Origin: Bacteriovoracaceae bacterium
GTDB lineage: Bacteria > Bdellovibrionota > Bacteriovoracia > Bacteriovoracales > Bacteriovoracaceae
DNA length: 31,561 nucleotides
Assembly: GCA_007116425.1 (NCBI GenBank)
Contig: SKIL01000055.1
Location: 1-31,561, forward strand
Direction: 5' to 3'
Part shown: in pieces, positions 17,752 to 27,248 of the stretch
Position numbering within the stretch: the stretch's first letter is position 1
Layout of the letters: every line of letters begins with the position of its first letter
Made by a program: the position numbers and the translations under genes
Notes under the pieces: model-generated
Told to the model about the DNA's origin: nothing
Database searches by the model: none
What the model saw: only the letters and a program-made list of their open reading frames with translations

Positions 17752-18135
17752 CTACTTCAATGACTTAACAGACTTCTTACCAGCAATAGCAACGGCCTTA
17801 CCTTTTCTCGTACGAGCATTGGTATGCGTTCTTTGCCCTCTAACAGGTAAACCTTTTCTATGTCTAATTCCTCTATAACAACCCAAGTCTTTTAATCGCT
17901 TAATATTAAGTCCAACCTCTCTACGAAGGTCACCCTCAACAGTATATTCAGTCTCAAGGATCTGCCTAACTTGTTGAGCTTGCTCTTCAGTAAGATCATT
18001 TGAATTACTATTTAGGTCAATGCCTGCTTTACCCAAAACCTCATGGGCAAGCGTTGGTCCTACTCCATAAAGTGACTGGATTGCAATATACATCACTTTA
18101 TTACGGGGAATATCAACTCCAAGAATCCGCGCCAT
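17752..18135 (-). CDS. rpsM: 30S ribosomal protein uS13
   Basis: [36 protein letters not shown]. Confidence 0.98.
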   Translation of the reverse strand: MARILGVDIPRNKVMYIAIQSLYGVGPTLAHEVLGKAGIDLNSNSNDLTEEQAQQVRQILETEYTVEGDLRREVGLNIKRLKDLGCYRGIRHRKGLPVRGQRTHTNARTRKGKAVAIAGKKSVKSLK

Positions 18136-18150
18136 AACTTACTCCTCGCT

Positions 18151-18267
18151 CTAGCCTTGTCTCTGCTTATGTCTAGGGTTTGTTTTACAAACAATCCTTA
18201 AAACACCTTTTCTTTTAACAACTTTACAATCTTTACAAATCTTTTTTACTGATGCTCGTACTTTCAT
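18151..18267 (-). CDS. rpmJ: 50S ribosomal protein bL36, zinc-ribbon form; below the ORF-track cutoff
   Basis: Manual translation: [38 protein letters not shown] (38 aa). GAGGA Shine-Dalgarno. Confidence 0.97.
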   Translation of the reverse strand: MKVRASVKKICKDCKVVKRKGVLRIVCKTNPRHKQRQG

Positions 18268-18318
18268 AACTCATCCTCTCAATCAACGTATCTAACCACT
18301 CAACAATGAGCTCTAAAC

Positions 18319-18543
18319 CTATCTTCCCTTACTTCTATACACAATTCTTCCTTTCTCAAGGTCGTACTTGCTGATTTCAACAAGAACCTTATCTCCTGGA
18401 AGAATTTTAATAAAGTGCATTCTCATTTTTCCACTAATGTGGGCAATGATCGAGTGGCCATTTGGCAACTTCACTTTAAACTTCGTATTTGGTAGAAGTT
18501 CCGTTACTTCGCCTTCTACCTCAATAGTTTCTTTTTCGGCCAT
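18319..18543 (-). CDS. infA: Translation initiation factor IF-1
   Basis: [36 protein letters not shown] 18543 preferred over TTG 18558. Confidence 0.97.
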   Translation of the reverse strand: MAEKETIEVEGEVTELLPNTKFKVKLPNGHSIIAHISGKMRMHFIKILPGDKVLVEISKYDLEKGRIVYRSKGR

Positions 18544-18557
18544 AAAAATTTCATCCA

Positions 18558-18604
18558 ATCATATAAATTTTTGCATATATATATGAAACGCTGCTGTAAT
18601 GCAA
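18558..18604 (-). promoter_or_regulatory. Possible internal promoter upstream of infA
   Basis: The 78-nt AT-rich adk-infA gap has TTGCAT (18604-18599) 17 nt before TATATA, and TTCATA 18 nt before TATGAT (18563-18558). Both pairings are imperfect. Confidence 0.3.
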
Positions 18605-18621
18605 GTGGGCGATTCATCTAT

Positions 18622-19263
18622 TTACGCACTAATTACTTCTTTCAGGCTTTTTGTCACTTCGTCACTCGGACGAGATGCATCAAGTCTAACCAATTGTCCT
18701 TGAGACTCATAAAAATCGAGAACTGGGCCAATTGTATCGCGAAAAACATTCATTCTATTTCTAACAGTTTCTTCGTTATCGTCTTTCCGATGGACTAGAT
18801 CCTCACCTGAGACATCACACTTCCCTTCAATTTTTGGTGGACGCGTCAACAAGTTATAAATCTCACCACTTTTAGGAGCAACCCTTCGATTTGTAATTCT
18901 CTCAATTAAATGCTCGAGATCCATATCAAAATAAATCGCTTTAGTTGCAGCGCCTTTGAGAACATGTTCTTCTAGAAGCTTAGCTTGCTCACCATTTCGT
19001 GGAAAACCATCAAATATATAAACCTTGTTTTCGAGGTCACAATTTGCTTTAAGTAACTCAAGTACTGTCATATCATCGACAAGGTTTCCTGCGTCGATAA
19101 TTCCTTGCACCTTTTGTCCGAGCTCCGTACCCTTGGCAATCTCTGACCTCAATAGGTCGCCAGTAGATAGGTGATTATAACCAAACTCTTTTACCAAGTG
19201 GCTTGCCTGAGTGCCTTTACCCGAACCAGGTGCCCCAAGTAATACAATTTGCTCTCTGGCCAT
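18622..19263 (-). CDS. adk: Adenylate kinase (long-LID type)
   Basis: P-loop LLGAPGSGKGTQA, HLSTGDLLR, DGFPR, RKDDNEETVRNR. Confidence 0.97.
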   Translation of the reverse strand: MAREQIVLLGAPGSGKGTQASHLVKEFGYNHLSTGDLLRSEIAKGTELGQKVQGIIDAGNLVDDMTVLELLKANCDLENKVYIFDGFPRNGEQAKLLEEHVLKGAATKAIYFDMDLEHLIERITNRRVAPKSGEIYNLLTRPPKIEGKCDVSGEDLVHRKDDNEETVRNRMNVFRDTIGPVLDFYESQGQLVRLDASRPSDEVTKSLKEVISA

Positions 19264-19265
19264 GC

Positions 19266-20576
19266 CTAAAACCTTCTATTTTGTCCGTTATACTTGCCTT
19301 TTACTTTGTAAGCTGACTCCAACTTATCAGAGTAGAGGAAAGACTGGACATTCATCATCACTCGAATTGAAACACTTACCAAAATAAGAAGTGCTGTACC
19401 TCCGAACATCGTATGCGTGCCAGCTACGATATCTGGAACCACACAAACTGTTACGAGAAAGATTGAACCAAAAAACGTAAGTCTGTTCAAAACATAGTCT
19501 AAAAATTCTTTTGTTTTAACACCAGGTCTTACACCAGGAATAAAGGCATTGTTTTTTTGTAGCATTTCCGCAATTCGCTTAGTCTTAAACTGAATTGGAG
19601 CGTAAAAATACGTCATATAAACAATGAGAAATGCAAACAAGATGGTGAATAGTAGCTGACCAGGGAATAGAGACTGCATCACCATATCAAAGAATGGGCG
19701 ATAATCACTACCCTCTCCAATAAAGCCTCCAAATGTAATTGGAGCGGCCAAAAGAGAAGAAGCAAGAATTGGAGGCATAACCCCACCAGTATCTACTCGA
19801 ACTGGTAACGTTTGTGTTCCACCATACATTCTATTGTTAACAACTTTTTTCGCATACTGAACTGGCACCGCACGATACGATCTTTCAATAAATGAAACCA
19901 CATAGAAGGCCACAATAATGACAGCAACCATTAAAAGAATACTAAAACCTGAGATTTCACCCGACCGATAAAGCGTAAAGCGCTGAAGCAGCTCACCTGG
20001 AAGCTCAACCGCGATACCGGCAAAGATAATCAAAGAAACACCATTTTCTAATCCGTACTCAGTAATTCTCTCTCCAAGCCATAACAAAAACATTGTTCCT
20101 GCAGCGAGCGTAATGGTCGCAGTTAATCTAAATACCATTCCTGTATCAGGGATAATTGGAACTCCACCTGGACTTCTTAAGCCTTCGAACATTGTGGCCA
20201 TCACATAACCCTGAATCAGACAGAGAACGACTGTCGCATAGCGGGTCATTTTTTGGATTTTTTTATGGCCATCGGCTTCCTCTTGGAGCTCGGCGATCTG
20301 AGGGATAACCACACCGAGAAGAGAGAAGATAAACGAAGTTGTAATATAAGGCATAACCCCTAGGCCTAAAATCGAAAATCTCTTAAAAGCACCACCACTA
20401 AAAGTGTTAAAAAGGTCAAAAAGACCTCCTTCACTGGCGGCAAAATAGGCCGCTAGCGCATCTGGGTTCACACCTGGGACCGGAATTTGAGCCGCTACAC
20501 GGTAAACACAAAGTAATAAAAAAGTAAAAAGTACTCTCTTCTTAAGCTCTTCGAGCTTTCCTTGAGCGGTTGCCAT
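19266..20576 (-). CDS. secY: Preprotein translocase subunit SecY
   Basis: Multiple transmembrane helices, SILGLGVMPYIT, WLGERITEYGLENGVSLIIFAGI, IPGVRPG, FGGTALLI. ATG 20576 preferred over 20582. Confidence 0.97.
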   Translation of the reverse strand: MATAQGKLEELKKRVLFTFLLLCVYRVAAQIPVPGVNPDALAAYFAASEGGLFDLFNTFSGGAFKRFSILGLGVMPYITTSFIFSLLGVVIPQIAELQEEADGHKKIQKMTRYATVVLCLIQGYVMATMFEGLRSPGGVPIIPDTGMVFRLTATITLAAGTMFLLWLGERITEYGLENGVSLIIFAGIAVELPGELLQRFTLYRSGEISGFSILLMVAVIIVAFYVVSFIERSYRAVPVQYAKKVVNNRMYGGTQTLPVRVDTGGVMPPILASSLLAAPITFGGFIGEGSDYRPFFDMVMQSLFPGQLLFTILFAFLIVYMTYFYAPIQFKTKRIAEMLQKNNAFIPGVRPGVKTKEFLDYVLNRLTFFGSIFLVTVCVVPDIVAGTHTMFGGTALLILVSVSIRVMMNVQSFLYSDKLESAYKVKGKYNGQNRRF

Positions 20577-20605
20577 CCTCAAATATCCTCAACTTTTATA
20601 TATTT

Positions 20606-21061
20606 TTATCGGCTTTCGATCTTGCCGCCGGCCTTTTCAACCATTTCTGCAGCAGATTTTGAAAACTTCTCAATATTGACAAACGTCAAAGCCTTTTTCA
20701 ACTCACCATTGCCTAAAATTTTAATAGGACGGTGCTTTTCTTGGCCACTTAAAAGTCTATTTTCAATCAAAGTTTGTCTAGAAACTTCGCCTGATTCGAA
20801 CTTCGCTTCAATTTGTCCAATATTAACAGTTGCATACTCCTTTTTAAATGGAGCATTTTTAAAACCTTTCTTAGGTAGCCTCATATAAAGTGGCATGGCC
20901 CCACCAATAAAACCAGTTCTAACACCACCGCCAGAACGAGCTTTTTGACCTTTATGCCCTTTACCTGCTTGAGTACCTTGACCAGAAGCCTGACCTCTAC
21001 CAAGTCTCTTTGTATTTCTGTGCGCACCTTTTGGGCTTTGCAAATTATTTAGCTTTAACAT
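20606..21061 (-). CDS. rplO: 50S ribosomal protein uL15
   Basis: RLGRG..GKGHKGQKARSGG, LPKKGF, SAAEMVEKAGG. Start at ATG 21061 after GAGG. Confidence 0.96.
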   Translation of the reverse strand: MLKLNNLQSPKGAHRNTKRLGRGQASGQGTQAGKGHKGQKARSGGGVRTGFIGGAMPLYMRLPKKGFKNAPFKKEYATVNIGQIEAKFESGEVSRQTLIENRLLSGQEKHRPIKILGNGELKKALTFVNIEKFSKSAAEMVEKAGGKIESR

Positions 21062-21096
21062 TTTAACCTCTCTCAACTTGCCTTACGCAACAATTC

Positions 21097-21279
21097 CTAT
21101 TCTTGAATTTCCAGCAGGTGGATAACTTTTTTAATCATTCCACGAACAGCTGGCGTGTTTTCTAGTTCGCGCTGACTTCCGATCTTTCTTAGACCGAGTC
21201 CGCGAACATTTGCCTTTTGCTTCTCTGTACAACCGTTAGTACTCTTCTTTAACTTAACGGTGATTGTTTTACTGGCCAT
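21097..21279 (-). CDS. rpmD: 50S ribosomal protein uL30
   Basis: [26 protein letters not shown]. Confidence 0.96.
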   Translation of the reverse strand: MASKTITVKLKKSTNGCTEKQKANVRGLGLRKIGSQRELENTPAVRGMIKKVIHLLEIQE

Positions 21280-21311
21280 AACTACCTCTTAGCTTAACTA
21301 CAACTAACCAA

Positions 21312-21944
21312 TTATCTTGTTCTTAGATTCTTTGGATCTTTTCCACGAACTCTTGCAATCTGCTCAACAGATCTCAACTGCTTAAGTGCGTCGAAAGTTG
21401 CTTTAACAATATTGTGTGGGTTATTTCCACGAACAGATTTTGTCAAAACATCTCTAATCCCGGCCAGCTCCAAAATCGAGCGACATGCACCAGCGGCCTT
21501 AACACCAGTACCATCTGCAGCAGGAATAAATCGAATATCACCTGCATCAAAGTGACCTTGCACCATATGTGGAATTGTTCCATTATCAAGTGGAACATTA
21601 ATCATATTTTTATGTGCTGCTTGCGTAGCTTTTCTAATCGCTTCAGGAACCTCTTTAGCTTTACCAAGCCCGTAGCCAACTCTTCCTTTCTTATCACCTA
21701 CAATCATAAGTGCAGAGAAAGAAAACCTACGTCCACCCTTAACAACTTTCGCCACACGATTAACAGCAACAACTCTCTCTTCCATTTCGGGATCAACACC
21801 TGCGGCCGGAGCTTTTTTAGCTCTAGCAGGAGCTTTCTTACGAGGAGCTCTTTTTTCTTTTTTATCTTCTACTGCAGCGCCTGCCGCTTCTACAGCTGCA
21901 CCTTCAGTTTTAACTTCTTCTGCTTTTACATTTTCTTCGCTCAT
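21312..21944 (-). CDS. rpsE: 30S ribosomal protein uS5 with Ala/Glu/Lys-rich N-terminal extension
   Basis: [40 protein letters not shown] Shine-Dalgarno before ATG 21944. Confidence 0.97.
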   Translation of the reverse strand: MSEENVKAEEVKTEGAAVEAAGAAVEDKKEKRAPRKKAPARAKKAPAAGVDPEMEERVVAVNRVAKVVKGGRRFSFSALMIVGDKKGRVGYGLGKAKEVPEAIRKATQAAHKNMINVPLDNGTIPHMVQGHFDAGDIRFIPAADGTGVKAAGACRSILELAGIRDVLTKSVRGNNPHNIVKATFDALKQLRSVEQIARVRGKDPKNLRTR

Positions 21945-21960
21945 AGCTTTCCTCTACAGA

Positions 21961-22338
21961 TTAGACCTGAATACCATTTTCACGTACAGATTCAACCAAC
22001 GCCTTAACAACACCTGTATAGCGATATCCAGCTCGATCAAAAACTGCTGCACTAATATTTTTACTCTTTAGTTGCTCAGCTAACTTTGCACCAACAACTT
22101 TAGCTCCCTCAACATTATTTGAGCTCGCTACAGCATTTTTTCCATAAGTCTGAACACTAAAAAGCGTTGTTCCACTTGCATCGTCGATTACTTGTGCTGT
22201 TAAATGCTTATTTGATCTAACGGCACAAATTCTTGGTCGCTCAGAAGTTCCAACAACTTTTTTTCTAATACTTAGTCTTCTTCGAAGTCTTCTCTTAGCA
22301 GAAGCTCCACTCACTTTTCCAACGGGTTTTCTCATCAT
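21961..22338 (-). CDS. rplR: 50S ribosomal protein uL18
   Basis: GTSERPRI, RSNKH, FDRAGYRYTGVV. Position between rplF and rpsE. Confidence 0.96.
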   Translation of the reverse strand: MMRKPVGKVSGASAKRRLRRRLSIRKKVVGTSERPRICAVRSNKHLTAQVIDDASGTTLFSVQTYGKNAVASSNNVEGAKVVGAKLAEQLKSKNISAAVFDRAGYRYTGVVKALVESVRENGIQV

Positions 22339-22353
22339 AATACATCTCCTTGC

Positions 22354-22391
22354 CCTAAGCTCAGGCAGCCCGACTGCCAGCTATCCTTAGG
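22354..22391 (-). other. Extended stem-loop in the rplF-rplR intergenic region
   Basis: Outer CCTAAG/CTTAGG, inner GGCAG-N5-CTGCC, plus an alternative AGCT/AGCT pairing. No U-tract. Ends just before the rplR AAGGAG Shine-Dalgarno. Confidence 0.5.
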
Positions 22392-22405
22392 CTCACTTCA
22401 ACTTT

Positions 22406-22942
22406 TTACTTCGCGCCAGTCTTACCAGCTTTTCTAATAATTGTCTCGTCAGTATATTTAACCCCTTTACCTTTATAAGGCTCAGGTGGTCTAAATGAGC
22501 GAACTTTTGCAGCAACAAAACCAACAAGCTCCTTACTGCTTCCAGAAATTTCAATAACGTTCTTTTGAACTTTCGCTGAAATTCCCTCTGGTAATTCATA
22601 AGAGATTGGATGAGAATAACCTAAACTCAACTCTAAATTATTTCCGCTCACAGAAGCTCTATAACCAACACCATTAAACTCTAATGACTTTGTGAAACCA
22701 TCAGTTACACCATGAATCATATTGCTAATAAGTGTTCTAGTTGTTCCCCACATTGCTCGAGCTTTTTGAGACTCATCAACTGGAGTTACAAATACTTCTT
22801 TATCTTTTAATTCAATTTTTACATTGTCTGTAAAGGCCTGTTGAAGCTCACCCTTAGGGCCTTTAACGGCGACTTGTACACCATCAACTTTCACTTCAAC
22901 TTTTTCTGGAACCGCTACAGGTAATTTTCCAATTCTTGACAT
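22406..22942 (-). CDS. rplF: 50S ribosomal protein uL6
   Basis: MSRIGKLPV, KGPKGEL, GYSHP, RPPEPYKGKGVKY. Confidence 0.98.
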   Translation of the reverse strand: MSRIGKLPVAVPEKVEVKVDGVQVAVKGPKGELQQAFTDNVKIELKDKEVFVTPVDESQKARAMWGTTRTLISNMIHGVTDGFTKSLEFNGVGYRASVSGNNLELSLGYSHPISYELPEGISAKVQKNVIEISGSSKELVGFVAAKVRSFRPPEPYKGKGVKYTDETIIRKAGKTGAK

Positions 22943-22973
22943 AATTCACGCCCTTGCTACTTGAGTCTTTGCC

Positions 22974-23360
22974 TTACCATACTTTACAAAGAACTTCTCC
23001 ACCAACTTTTTGCCTCTTAGCTTCTCTGTCCGAAATTACGCCGTTTGACGTAGATAAGATAGAGATACCAAGGCCAGAAAGAACTCTTGGAGCTTCTTTA
23101 TAACCACGATATTGTCTCAAACCAGGTCTTGAAGATCTTTCAATTCCTTGAATTGAGTTCTCCTCATTAAAAACGACCTTAATCTTAATATCATTTTGTG
23201 CTTTTGCTACAATCTTAAAAGAGCGAATATAACCTTCGTCTTTTAGAACCTTGCAGATACCAGCTTTGATTTTACTAGCAGGAAAATCAACCCTGTCGTG
23301 CCCGGCCTTTTGTGCATTTCTAATTCTTGTCAACATATCTGCAATCGGATCTGTCATCAT
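22974..23360 (-). CDS. rpsH: 30S ribosomal protein uS8
   Basis: MTDPIADMLTRIRNA, SRPGLR, LGISILSTSNGV, VGGEVLC. Confidence 0.98.
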   Translation of the reverse strand: MMTDPIADMLTRIRNAQKAGHDRVDFPASKIKAGICKVLKDEGYIRSFKIVAKAQNDIKIKVVFNEENSIQGIERSSRPGLRQYRGYKEAPRVLSGLGISILSTSNGVISDREAKRQKVGGEVLCKVW

Positions 23361-23381
23361 AGGACTAACCTCACTCCACTC

Positions 23382-23687
23382 TTACCAACTTGATTTTGTC
23401 ACACCGGGAATCATCCCACGAAGGGCCAATTCACGAAACTGTATACGGGATAATTTAAATCTTCTCAAATAAGCTCTTGGTCTGCCCGTAAGCTCACATC
23501 TATTTCTCACCCGAATTGGGCTTGAATTTCGAGGTAACTTTTGCATTTTCCGCATAGCATCTCCTTTTTCCTCAGGAGAAGCATTTGGATCAACCAAAAC
23601 CTTCTTTAACTCTTTTCTACGCTCACCGTATTTTTCGGCAAGCTTCTTTCTTCTTTCGTTTGATACTATTTTTGCCAACCTAGCCAT
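23382..23687 (-). CDS. rpsN: 30S ribosomal protein uS14, long zinc-independent form
   Basis: 101 aa, [30 protein letters not shown]. Only one Cys. Confidence 0.97.
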   Translation of the reverse strand: MARLAKIVSNERRKKLAEKYGERRKELKKVLVDPNASPEEKGDAMRKMQKLPRNSSPIRVRNRCELTGRPRAYLRRFKLSRIQFRELALRGMIPGVTKSSW

Positions 23688-23701
23688 ACTAACTACTCCA
23701 C

Positions 23702-24241
23702 TTATCCTTTGAAAGGCATTCCAAGTTGAGATAAAAGCTCTCTACCTTCATCATTGTTCTTTGCTGTTGTAACAATAGAGATACCAACACCTCTAACTTT
23801 ATCAATTTTATCGTATTCAACTTCAGGGAAAATAATCTGCTCTTTTACACCAAGCGTATAATTTCCACGTCCATCAAATGCCTTGCTTGAAATACCTCTA
23901 AAATCTCTAACTCTAGGAAGAGAAACGTGAATTAATCTCTCAAGAAATTCATACATTCTATCTCCACGAAGAGTTACAGCAGCACCCATTGGCATATCTT
24001 CACGAACTTTAAAAGCTGCGTTTGATTTTTTAGCTCGCGTAACAACTGGCTTTTGCCCTGTAATAACAGCGAGATCCTCAACAATCTGATCAACACATTT
24101 TGCATTTGAAACAGTATCTTTTGTCGTGCAGTTAACGATAACCTTCTCAAGCTTTGGAATTTGGTGAACGTTTTTGTATCCAAATTTCTCTTTGAGGGCC
24201 GGTACTACTTTTTCTTTATAATGACTTTTTAGCATGTTCAT
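23702..24241 (-). CDS. rplE: 50S ribosomal protein uL5
   Basis: [32 protein letters not shown]. Confidence 0.98.
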   Translation of the reverse strand: MNMLKSHYKEKVVPALKEKFGYKNVHQIPKLEKVIVNCTTKDTVSNAKCVDQIVEDLAVITGQKPVVTRAKKSNAAFKVREDMPMGAAVTLRGDRMYEFLERLIHVSLPRVRDFRGISSKAFDGRGNYTLGVKEQIIFPEVEYDKIDKVRGVGISIVTTAKNNDEGRELLSQLGMPFKG

Positions 24242-24260
24242 AAATTCTTCCTCAAATCAG

Positions 24261-24572
24261 TTAGTCGATGACTGAACCACAAGCTGTGGCAACACGAACC
24301 TTCTTACCGTCTTTAACTTCAATTCTAATTCTTGTTGCCTTCTTAGTTTCTGGACTAACCACGGCAACATTACTAATGTGAAGAGGAGCTTCAATATCAA
24401 TAATCCCACCCTCTGGGTTTTCTTGACTGGCCTTAATAGTTTTCTTGACCATATTTACGCCTGACACGAGTACTGTGTCCTTCTTCCAATTAATTTTTTG
24501 AACTGTTCCCGTGCGCCCTTTGCTTTTTCCGGCCAACACTACAACTTCATCATTCACTTTCAACTTTTGCAT
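24261..24572 (-). CDS. rplX: 50S ribosomal protein uL24
   Basis: KOW motif DEVVVLAGKSKGRTG, EAPLHISNV. ATG 24572 preferred over GTG 24581. Confidence 0.96.
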   Translation of the reverse strand: MQKLKVNDEVVVLAGKSKGRTGTVQKINWKKDTVLVSGVNMVKKTIKASQENPEGGIIDIEAPLHISNVAVVSPETKKATRIRIEVKDGKKVRVATACGSVID

Positions 24573-24612
24573 AATTATCACCCTTAAAATTCATCCAAAT
24601 CCTAAAGAAGGA

Positions 24613-24981
24613 CTAAAGCACCTCTGGAGCAAGAGAACAAATCTTAGTGAAGTTTCTTCCTCTCAACTCTCTTGCAACTGGTCCAAAAATACGTGTCCCA
24701 ATTGGCTCATTTTGATTATTGAGAAGAACAACACTATTCTTATCAAACCTGATGTATGAACCATCAGCTCTTCTATAAGGATACTTTTGTCTTACAACAA
24801 CGGCCTTTCTCACATCACCTTTTTTAATCTTCCCACCGGGGATAGCTTGACGGACTGAAACAACGATAATATCGCCAATCCCAGCACTCATTCGCTTCGA
24901 TCCTCCAAGAACTTTTACACACTGAACCAGCTTAGCTCCTGAATTATCCGCTACATCAAACCTTGTCTGCATCTGAATCAT
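24613..24981 (-). CDS. rplN: 50S ribosomal protein uL14
   Basis: [37 protein letters not shown]. Confidence 0.98.
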   Translation of the reverse strand: MIQMQTRFDVADNSGAKLVQCVKVLGGSKRMSAGIGDIIVVSVRQAIPGGKIKKGDVRKAVVVRQKYPYRRADGSYIRFDKNSVVLLNNQNEPIGTRIFGPVARELRGRNFTKICSLAPEVL

Positions 24982-25008
24982 GGTTCACTCCAACCGCAAA
25001 TATAGTCA

Positions 25009-25275
25009 CTACACCTGTGGTGCAGGCTGTTTAACATCAATTAGTTCCCACTTCTTTAATGAAGAGTAAGGTTTTGACTCAATAATTTGTACAAAGTCCC
25101 CAACCTTGGCCACATTAGAAGCATCATGAACGTGGTATTTCTTATTCTTATAAACGAATTTGTTATAGCGCTGATCTTTAAAACGACGCTGTACAGTTAC
25201 AACGATCGTTTGATCATTCTTATCACTAACAACAACTCCCTCTAACTTTCTTTTAAATTTTGTTTGCTCACTCAT
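25009..25275 (-). CDS. rpsQ: 30S ribosomal protein uS17
   Basis: GVVVSDKNDQTIVV, VGDFVQIIESKPYS. ATG 25275 after AAGGTGA preferred; the GTG at 25284 overlaps the rpmC stop. Confidence 0.96.
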   Translation of the reverse strand: MSEQTKFKRKLEGVVVSDKNDQTIVVTVQRRFKDQRYNKFVYKNKKYHVHDASNVAKVGDFVQIIESKPYSSLKKWELIDVKQPAPQV

Positions 25276-25280
25276 CTCGA

Positions 25281-25475
25281 TCACCTTTTCGCATTTTTCG
25301 CTGTTAACAAGCGTGCAATATTCTTTTTTGCCAACTTTATCTGATGAGGCTTTTCAATTCCTGCAGCAGCTTTTTGCATACGGATATCGAATAGATTCTT
25401 GCGCAGCTCTTCAACTTTTGCGTCGATACCATTGGCATCCAACTTTTCTACATCTTTCATCTCTAGCTTTTTCAT
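25281..25475 (-). CDS. rpmC: 50S ribosomal protein uL29
   Basis: LFDIRMQ, EKPHQIK..KKNIARLLT. Position between rplP and rpsQ. Confidence 0.95.
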   Translation of the reverse strand: MKKLEMKDVEKLDANGIDAKVEELRKNLFDIRMQKAAAGIEKPHQIKLAKKNIARLLTAKNAKR

Positions 25476-25486
25476 GGCCGTTTACC

Positions 25487-25897
25487 CTATTCTTCTCTTT
25501 TAATAATTCGCGTTTTCACAGGCAACTTATACATTGCAAGCTTTAGTGCTTCTTTTGTTAACTCTTCGCCAACACCTGCAATTTCAAACATAACTCTTCC
25601 AGGCTTAACAACAGCAACCCAACTCTCTGGAGAACCTTTACCTTTCCCCATTCGAACCTCAGCAGGCTTCTTAGTCAGAGATTTATCAGGGAAGATTTTA
25701 ATCCAAACATTCCCACCTCTTTTAATTTTACGGGTCATCGCAATACGAGCAGCTTCAATTTGCCGGTTCGTTATATACCCACAACTTGTCGCCTGTATAG
25801 CATATTCACCAAACGTGATAGTATTTCCACGGTTGGCCTTGCCCTTCATTCGACCTTTCTGCTGTTTTCTATATTTAACTCTTTTTGGACTAAGCAT
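25487..25897 (-). CDS. rplP: 50S ribosomal protein uL16
   Basis: [39 protein letters not shown]. Confidence 0.98.
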   Translation of the reverse strand: MLSPKRVKYRKQQKGRMKGKANRGNTITFGEYAIQATSCGYITNRQIEAARIAMTRKIKRGGNVWIKIFPDKSLTKKPAEVRMGKGKGSPESWVAVVKPGRVMFEIAGVGEELTKEALKLAMYKLPVKTRIIKREE

Positions 25898-25937
25898 TTT
25901 AAACCTCTTTCTCGTGGTAGACTTTTCGCAAAATCAA

Positions 25938-26564
25938 CTACTTATAAATCTCACCCTTATAGACCCAAACCTTAACTCCAATAACTCCATATTGAGTATG
26001 AGCTTCGGCAGTGTCGTAATCAATATCAGCTCTTAATGTATGAAGAGGAACCTTTCTCTCAGAGTAGCCTTCAGCTCTCGCCATTTCAGCTCCACCAAGT
26101 CTACCAGCAGTACGGATTCTAATCCCTTTAACTCCAGCTCTAAAAGCAGACTGCATAACTTTTTTCATCGCTCTTCTAAAAGCAACACGCTTTTCCAGCT
26201 GTTGAGCAATGTTTTCAGCAATTAGCTTAGCTTCTGCATCTGGTCTTTTAACCTCAGCAATATTAAAAACAAGAGTACCTGATGTAAGCTTTTTGAGCTC
26301 ATCACGAATTTTTTCAATTCCTGTACCTTTTTTACCAATAGCTACTCCAGGCTTCGCTGTGTAAACAGTTACTTTTACCTGATCAGAAGTACGCTCAATT
26401 TCCGTTTTTGCAACAGCTGCATTCTTCATGTTCTTTTCAACATACTTGCGAATAGCAAGATCTTCATGAAGTTGCTCTGCATAGCGGTCTTTGCTATACC
26501 ACTTTGAGTGCCAGTCTTTAATATAACCAAGTCGAAATCCGTAAGGGTGTACTTTTTGTCCCAT
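25938..26564 (-). CDS. rpsC: 30S ribosomal protein uS3
   Basis: MGQKVHPYGFRLG, KPGVAIGKKG, GRLGGAEMAR, PLHTLRADIDY. Confidence 0.98.
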   Translation of the reverse strand: MGQKVHPYGFRLGYIKDWHSKWYSKDRYAEQLHEDLAIRKYVEKNMKNAAVAKTEIERTSDQVKVTVYTAKPGVAIGKKGTGIEKIRDELKKLTSGTLVFNIAEVKRPDAEAKLIAENIAQQLEKRVAFRRAMKKVMQSAFRAGVKGIRIRTAGRLGGAEMARAEGYSERKVPLHTLRADIDYDTAEAHTQYGVIGVKVWVYKGEIYK

Positions 26565-26571
26565 AATTATC

Positions 26572-26907
26572 CTACTCTTCCTTCAATTCAACAGTAATGT
26601 GACTTGTTCTTTTGTTAATTCTAAAAGCACGACCCTGAGCTCTTGGTTGAATTCTCTTCAACGTTGGACCCTCATCGGCCTTAATTGTGCCAACTACTAA
26701 GTTATCCATATCATACTTTTCCGAGTCTGCAGCAATAGCTAATCCACTATTAATGAGCTTCGTTAAGACGATAGCAATTTCTTTCTTTTCACAGAAGCGA
26801 AGTGTTTTCAAAGCTTCTGATGCTTTTTGACCGCGAACTAAGTCGCAAACTTGCCTTACTTTACGAGGTGCGATCCCTACTCTGCGATTTTTTACTGTAA
26901 TGGCCAT
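26572..26907 (-). CDS. rplV: 50S ribosomal protein uL22
   Basis: PRKVRQV, DEGPTLKR..PRAQGRA, KRTSHITV. ATG 26907 after GGAGAGG. Confidence 0.97.
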   Translation of the reverse strand: MAITVKNRRVGIAPRKVRQVCDLVRGQKASEALKTLRFCEKKEIAIVLTKLINSGLAIAADSEKYDMDNLVVGTIKADEGPTLKRIQPRAQGRAFRINKRTSHITVELKEE

Positions 26908-26944
26908 GATGAGCCTCTCCTTCAACAATTAACTATAACTACTT

Positions 26945-27226
26945 CTATTTCTTCGACTTCTTATCAGCGCCGTGGCCATAATAAGTACGAGTCAATGCGA
27001 ACTCGCCTAACTTATGCCCGATCATATTGTCTGTAACATAAACAGGAATAAATTTTTTCCCATTATGAACAGCAAACGTTAACCCAACAAACTCAGGTAC
27101 GATCGTCGATTTTCTAGACCAAGTCTTGATAACCTTAGTTGCCTTCTTCGGATCATCCTGAGCATCTAGGGCCTTATCAATCAAGTGTGCATCAACATAA
27201 GGGCCTTTTTTAAGTGAACGGGCCAT
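26945..27226 (-). CDS. rpsS: 30S ribosomal protein uS19
   Basis: [31 protein letters not shown]. Confidence 0.98.
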   Translation of the reverse strand: MARSLKKGPYVDAHLIDKALDAQDDPKKATKVIKTWSRKSTIVPEFVGLTFAVHNGKKFIPVYVTDNMIGHKLGEFALTRTYYGHGADKKSKK

Positions 27227-27248
27227 ATCTATCTCCTAACTAACTTTC

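Noticed and set aside
18574-18585. Perfect palindrome CATATATATATG upstream of infA
   Set aside because: A simple (AT)n tract is self-complementary by nature; only five units, so weak evidence for an operator or phase variation.
21414-22007. 197-aa plus-strand ORF antisense to rpsE/rplR
   Set aside because: Phe/Ser-rich mirror of the Lys/Glu/Ala-rich uS5 coding sequence; a compositional artefact.
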